Origin: a virus
Lineage: Duplodnaviria > Caudoviricetes
Length of the DNA: 27,977 nucleotides
Reading direction: 5' to 3' (one strand)
Virus record (IMG/VR): IMGVR_UViG_3300038530_000371
Span: 1 to 27,977 of that record
The notes under the pieces were generated by a model, which was not told the DNA's origin, made no database searches, and saw nothing but the letters and a program-made list of their open reading frames with translations. Positions 24,176 to 27,977 of the stretch are shown piece after piece; within the stretch, counting starts at the first letter, position 1, and each line of letters opens with the position of its first letter. The position numbers and the translations under genes were made by a program.

Positions 24176-25713
24176 TGACTCCAGAAGCTTTTATACCAAC
24201 AGAGCCAATTATTCGAAGTGAAGTAACTGATCCAGCGACAGTTAAAGCACTACAAGATTTTGGTATTAATCCAGTTGGTAAGTCTATAGAGGAAATAGAA
24301 AACGAGATAAATGCAATTTTAGCTAGAGAACAAAGACGATTAGCTTTTGATCCAACTGATCCTTTAGATTATTTATCAGCAGGATTGACAGCTTCGGGTG
24401 TAGGTACTGGAGTCGGACTTGGAATTAAGGGTTTAAGAACAGCTAGAAAAGCAGGAAAACTTGGTGAAACTTTGCGTATGGGAAACATGCTAAAAGGAGC
24501 ATTAGCAGCTCTAAATCCTATTAAAGTTACTACAAAAACTGCATCACAAGGTAGAATTGTACCTAGCGTGGGTCCTCCAGGTCCTTTTAAAACAATAGCA
24601 ACAAGCACGCAAGTAACTCCAAAAATTCCACAAACCTTGTTATATTCTGGTGAGATAGTCCAAGCACAAGATGTGGCTGCGGCAGAAAGACAGGCAGATA
24701 AAATACAAGAATCTTTAGATGAAATAACAGCAAGTAATGCAATAAATGGACAACCTGAAGGTGGTGGTGAGGAGGATGGTGACTCTGTTACACTAACAGA
24801 TCAAACACAAACAGAGAATGGCAAAGAACAAAAACCTGAGCTAGGAGATACAAAAATAGTAGATGGCAAAACTTACATTTATACCGCAGCTGGATATGTA
24901 TTAAAGCCAGATAAATCAAAGCCAAGTGTTTCAGAATTATTTAGAAAAAAAGATATAAATAGGTTTTTAAGAAATGTTGGAGCCGCTTTAGTAGAAACAG
25001 GTGATTTTACTGGCCTAGCAAAAGGTGCCGCTAAAACAGCAGAAGAAAGAGCAGCAGAGGAATTAGCTACTTCTCTTGCAGAAATAGAAGCAGGTAAAAA
25101 AGAACGCCCAACTCAAAATTATATAGAAGATAGAAAAGTAAGTTATCAAGATACATTTAATGAATACAAGAAAGGTGAAAATACTATAAACTTGCTAGGC
25201 AAAGTTATACAGATAGCAAATAATGAAGATTTAGGTGGAGCCAAAGCTGCCATTAAAGAGTTTGGGTATAGGTTTTTTACATTTTTTGACCCAGATACAG
25301 TTCCTGATGTTAAAACTTTAGCTGGTAATATTTTAGAAGAAATAGCTAGATCTCAACCTGGAGATTTTTTAGGACAGTCAACAGGTAGGTTATCAGATAG
25401 AGATATTCAATTGGCACAAGAACTATTAGCAACAATAAAAGGTCCAAGAGGAGCCTTTAAATCAAGAACAGAAATATTGAATGTTTTAAGCAGAAGATTA
25501 GCAACACTCAACACCCAGCAAAATACAAGGCTTACAAGAATTGCTAATGACGAAATATTTTTTAGAGATCTTGGTGTAGAGCTACCTTTATTGATAGATG
25601 ATGAGTTTTTATCAGCCGCTTCCCAACAAGACCAAAATCAAGAAGTTCAAAGAATACCTTTACAAGAACCTGAAGAAGAAACAGCAGCAGATCAATTTGC
25701 TGCCAGTAGGTAA
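24175..25713 (+). CDS. Hypothetical protein, probable internal virion protein
   Basis: 512 aa, helical; Gly-rich hydrophobic segment LSAGLTASGVGTGVGLGI; GRLSDRDIQ motif; operon position. Confidence 0.55.
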   Translation: MTPEAFIPTEPIIRSEVTDPATVKALQDFGINPVGKSIEEIENEINAILAREQRRLAFDPTDPLDYLSAGLTASGVGTGVGLGIKGLRTARKAGKLGETLRMGNMLKGALAALNPIKVTTKTASQGRIVPSVGPPGPFKTIATSTQVTPKIPQTLLYSGEIVQAQDVAAAERQADKIQESLDEITASNAINGQPEGGGEEDGDSVTLTDQTQTENGKEQKPELGDTKIVDGKTYIYTAAGYVLKPDKSKPSVSELFRKKDINRFLRNVGAALVETGDFTGLAKGAAKTAEERAAEELATSLAEIEAGKKERPTQNYIEDRKVSYQDTFNEYKKGENTINLLGKVIQIANNEDLGGAKAAIKEFGYRFFTFFDPDTVPDVKTLAGNILEEIARSQPGDFLGQSTGRLSDRDIQLAQELLATIKGPRGAFKSRTEILNVLSRRLATLNTQQNTRLTRIANDEIFFRDLGVELPLLIDDEFLSAASQQDQNQEVQRIPLQEPEEETAADQFAASR

Positions 25714-25716
25714 AAA

Positions 25717-27977
25717 ATGCCAGTATTTGAAGTAGAAGTCGCACCTGGGTTAATTGAAACCGTCGAAGCTAATAACGCATCTGATGCTCGTAAAATAGTA
25801 AAAGGGCGAATAGCAAAAGGCGTTGTATCTCCCATTTATGATGAATTATATTTTGATTATGAGACTGGTGTAGATGATCTAAAACTAAGGCGTTTGTTAG
25901 CTAGGGCAGAAACTTTAGAAGAAAAAGAGCAAGTCCTTAGAAACTTAGTAGGTTCCTCTGGTTACATAAAAACAACAGATAAAAGTTTGGCCTTAACACC
26001 AAAAGGTCTCAAAGAAAGAGGATTACCTATACAAACAAGAACATTACAAGACGGTAGTGTTTTACAACTTAATACCATTATTGAAGGCCCTATGGGAGAA
26101 AGAGGTGACTTAGCAGATTTTATGGGAGTTGCAGGCCCAATAATAGGAAGTGTTGCTGGAGTTTTGCCACAAAGTAAAATATTTAAAGCTGCTAAAGCTT
26201 TAGCCGGCGGCAGTCAATTAGCTGGCAGGGTACTTGGTGGAACTTTAGGTGGTGGTTTAGGTAAGGGTGGTGAAGAAGTTGCAGATGCCATTCAAGGTTT
26301 TCAACTTGAAGATTCTTATGATTTATTTAATGTAAATCCAAAAGAAGGTCTTGGCACAATTACTAGAGAAGCTGGTTTGAGTGCTGCGGGTGAAGGTTTA
26401 AGTCTTTTAGGGGGTGGGCTTTGGAGAATGTATTTTGGTGCCAAAGCACCTTCAGCAGAATTAAGATTGGCGAGATATGGTGCCGACAAATTAGATCTTG
26501 TCGATTTGCAAAGACTTGACGCAGACTTAGGTAAACAAGCCACAAGAAAACAAATTTTAGATGCAGTAAAAGCAGGAAAGATAAAAAAATTAGATGATGC
26601 ATATAGAACTTCACTTGCAAATTTAGATATGACTGTTGGTGGTAAAACACAAGCAATAGCTGAAGCAGTTATAGGCGTTTCTAGAAGCAAAAGTAATGTG
26701 CCCTATTTATCTGAAACATTTGACAACCTTACAAGTGCTTTTAGAAAAAGAGGATCATCTTTAAATGCCTACGTGGATAATGCAACCGCTGATAAAGTTA
26801 CAGATTCTGTAAACGTAGCAAAAAAAGAGCTTGAAAAAGATACAACTGAAGCTGTCAAAATATCAAAAGAATTAGTAGAAGATTTAACAAATAGTTATAT
26901 AGGAGTTGAAAATTTTAAAGATGCTCCAGCATTTAGAGACTATGGAGAGTTTGTATTAGATACTCTTGGTAATGCAAAAGGTGCAGTAAATAGAGAAGTT
27001 GGGTTAGCTTATGATGCATTAGATAGGCAGTTTTTTGATTTAGGCGCTAATCCTAATTCTATTGTTGCTAGAGCTATTGATGACGTTATAAGACATTACC
27101 AAAGAGAGGGTTTGAATAAAATAAATTACTTTAAAAAAAGGAATGGTTTTGATGAAAAAATGACACTTTCCGATCCAAATATAAATATTAATGTAAGAAA
27201 TGTTTTAGAGGCAGAACAGGACTTTATGCGTTTACTTGATCAAGTACCACCAGATTTTGCAGGTAATCAACCTTTTGGTAAACTGACTAGAGTTTTAGAA
27301 ACTAAAAGAGATTTAGAAAAATTTTTAAAAGTTTCAACAGAGAGTAAAGAAGCAGATTTGTTTTACACTTTATCCAGGTTGCTTGACGATTACGACTTGC
27401 ATGCGGCACGAGGAGAAGTTGCTCTAAGAAAGCTAGATGAAAACGCCGACAGTATTTTTACCATGTTAGGATTGAGGGGCGGTCAAGTAATAAAAAATGT
27501 AGAGGCAAGAACAAAAGCAGATAAATCACTACTACCCGAAACATTTGAGAAAGAGTTATCTAATACACAAAGAATTAAGATTAATAATGCCATAGAGCAA
27601 CTAAGAGAAGCTAATGAATTAGCTTATAGACTTAATAAACCTTTTGATGATGCTACTATTAAAAAGATTACTCGTGCAGCTAGAGGCAGAGGGGCTTATG
27701 ACGCAGACGATATTTTTAAGGATTTGATATACAAAGGATCAGCTAGGCAGTTAGAAGATTTTTTTAAGGCGTTACAAGATTTTGATGATTATTTGCTTGC
27801 TAGAAATGATTTTGATTTAGCCAACAACTTTGAAAGAGCAAAATCACAAACTTTACAAAGGTTGTTTAAGACCGCCTTCGACAATAGTGTAGATCCTGTA
27901 ACTGATACTATTGATTACTCGGTTTTTGCAAAATATATTAAAAAATTTGAAACAGACCAACCAGGCAAACTAGATGT
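25717..27977 (+). CDS. Large probable ejection protein (at least 753 aa, 3'-truncated)
   Basis: ATG 25717 begins MPVFEVEVAPGLIETVEANNASDARKIVKG; I saw no in-frame stop in the parts I translated (first about 180 codons and the end, ...FETDQPGKLD). Gly-rich GxxxG segments near 26120-26270. Absent from the ORF track, presumably because it lacks a stop. Confidence 0.8.
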   Translation, partial: MPVFEVEVAPGLIETVEANNASDARKIVKGRIAKGVVSPIYDELYFDYETGVDDLKLRRLLARAETLEEKEQVLRNLVGSSGYIKTTDKSLALTPKGLKERGLPIQTRTLQDGSVLQLNTIIEGPMGERGDLADFMGVAGPIIGSVAGVLPQSKIFKAAKALAGGSQLAGRVLGGTLGGGLGKGGEEVADAIQGFQLEDSYDLFNVNPKEGLGTITREAGLSAAGEGLSLLGGGLWRMYFGAKAPSAELRLARYGADKLDLVDLQRLDADLGKQATRKQILDAVKAGKIKKLDDAYRTSLANLDMTVGGKTQAIAEAVIGVSRSKSNVPYLSETFDNLTSAFRKRGSSLNAYVDNATADKVTDSVNVAKKELEKDTTEAVKISKELVEDLTNSYIGVENFKDAPAFRDYGEFVLDTLGNAKGAVNREVGLAYDALDRQFFDLGANPNSIVARAIDDVIRHYQREGLNKINYFKKRNGFDEKMTLSDPNININVRNVLEAEQDFMRLLDQVPPDFAGNQPFGKLTRVLETKRDLEKFLKVSTESKEADLFYTLSRLLDDYDLHAARGEVALRKLDENADSIFTMLGLRGGQVIKNVEARTKADKSLLPETFEKELSNTQRIKINNAIEQLREANELAYRLNKPFDDATIKKITRAARGRGAYDADDIFKDLIYKGSARQLEDFFKALQDFDDYLLARNDFDLANNFERAKSQTLQRLFKTAFDNSVDPVTDTIDYSVFAKYIKKFETDQPGKLD

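Noticed and set aside
259-26690. All minus-strand ORFs in the track
   Set aside because: They lie antisense to well-supported + strand genes, show no recognisable motifs, and cluster over repetitive codon-biased genes.
1-27977. tRNA, rRNA or structured ncRNA genes
   Set aside because: Intergenic gaps are all about 50 nt or less, and no cloverleaf or GC-rich stem region was seen by eye.

Overview
AT-rich, gene-dense fragment of a tailed dsDNA phage, most like uncultured marine phages with a Gram-negative host. Every credible gene is on the + strand and most abut or overlap, as in one late operon. Order: end of a SET-like ORF; small Lys-rich proteins; neck/adaptor proteins with an interspersed glycosyltransferase-like gene; tail and fibre genes, including a 1570-aa fibre with about 60 17-aa repeats and an S74 chaperone; thermonuclease; holin-like genes and GH24 endolysin; tail nozzle; large putative ejection proteins, the last running off the window end. 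The standout is a five-gene cassette (12259-16994) just before the lysis genes: CsgF, CsgG, an acidic curlin-like protein, a FecR-domain protein and a CHASE2 membrane adenylate cyclase with intact catalytic residues. It looks like a phage-encoded trans-envelope cAMP signalling system built on the curli pore. All family calls come from motif recognition by eye; no database search was run.
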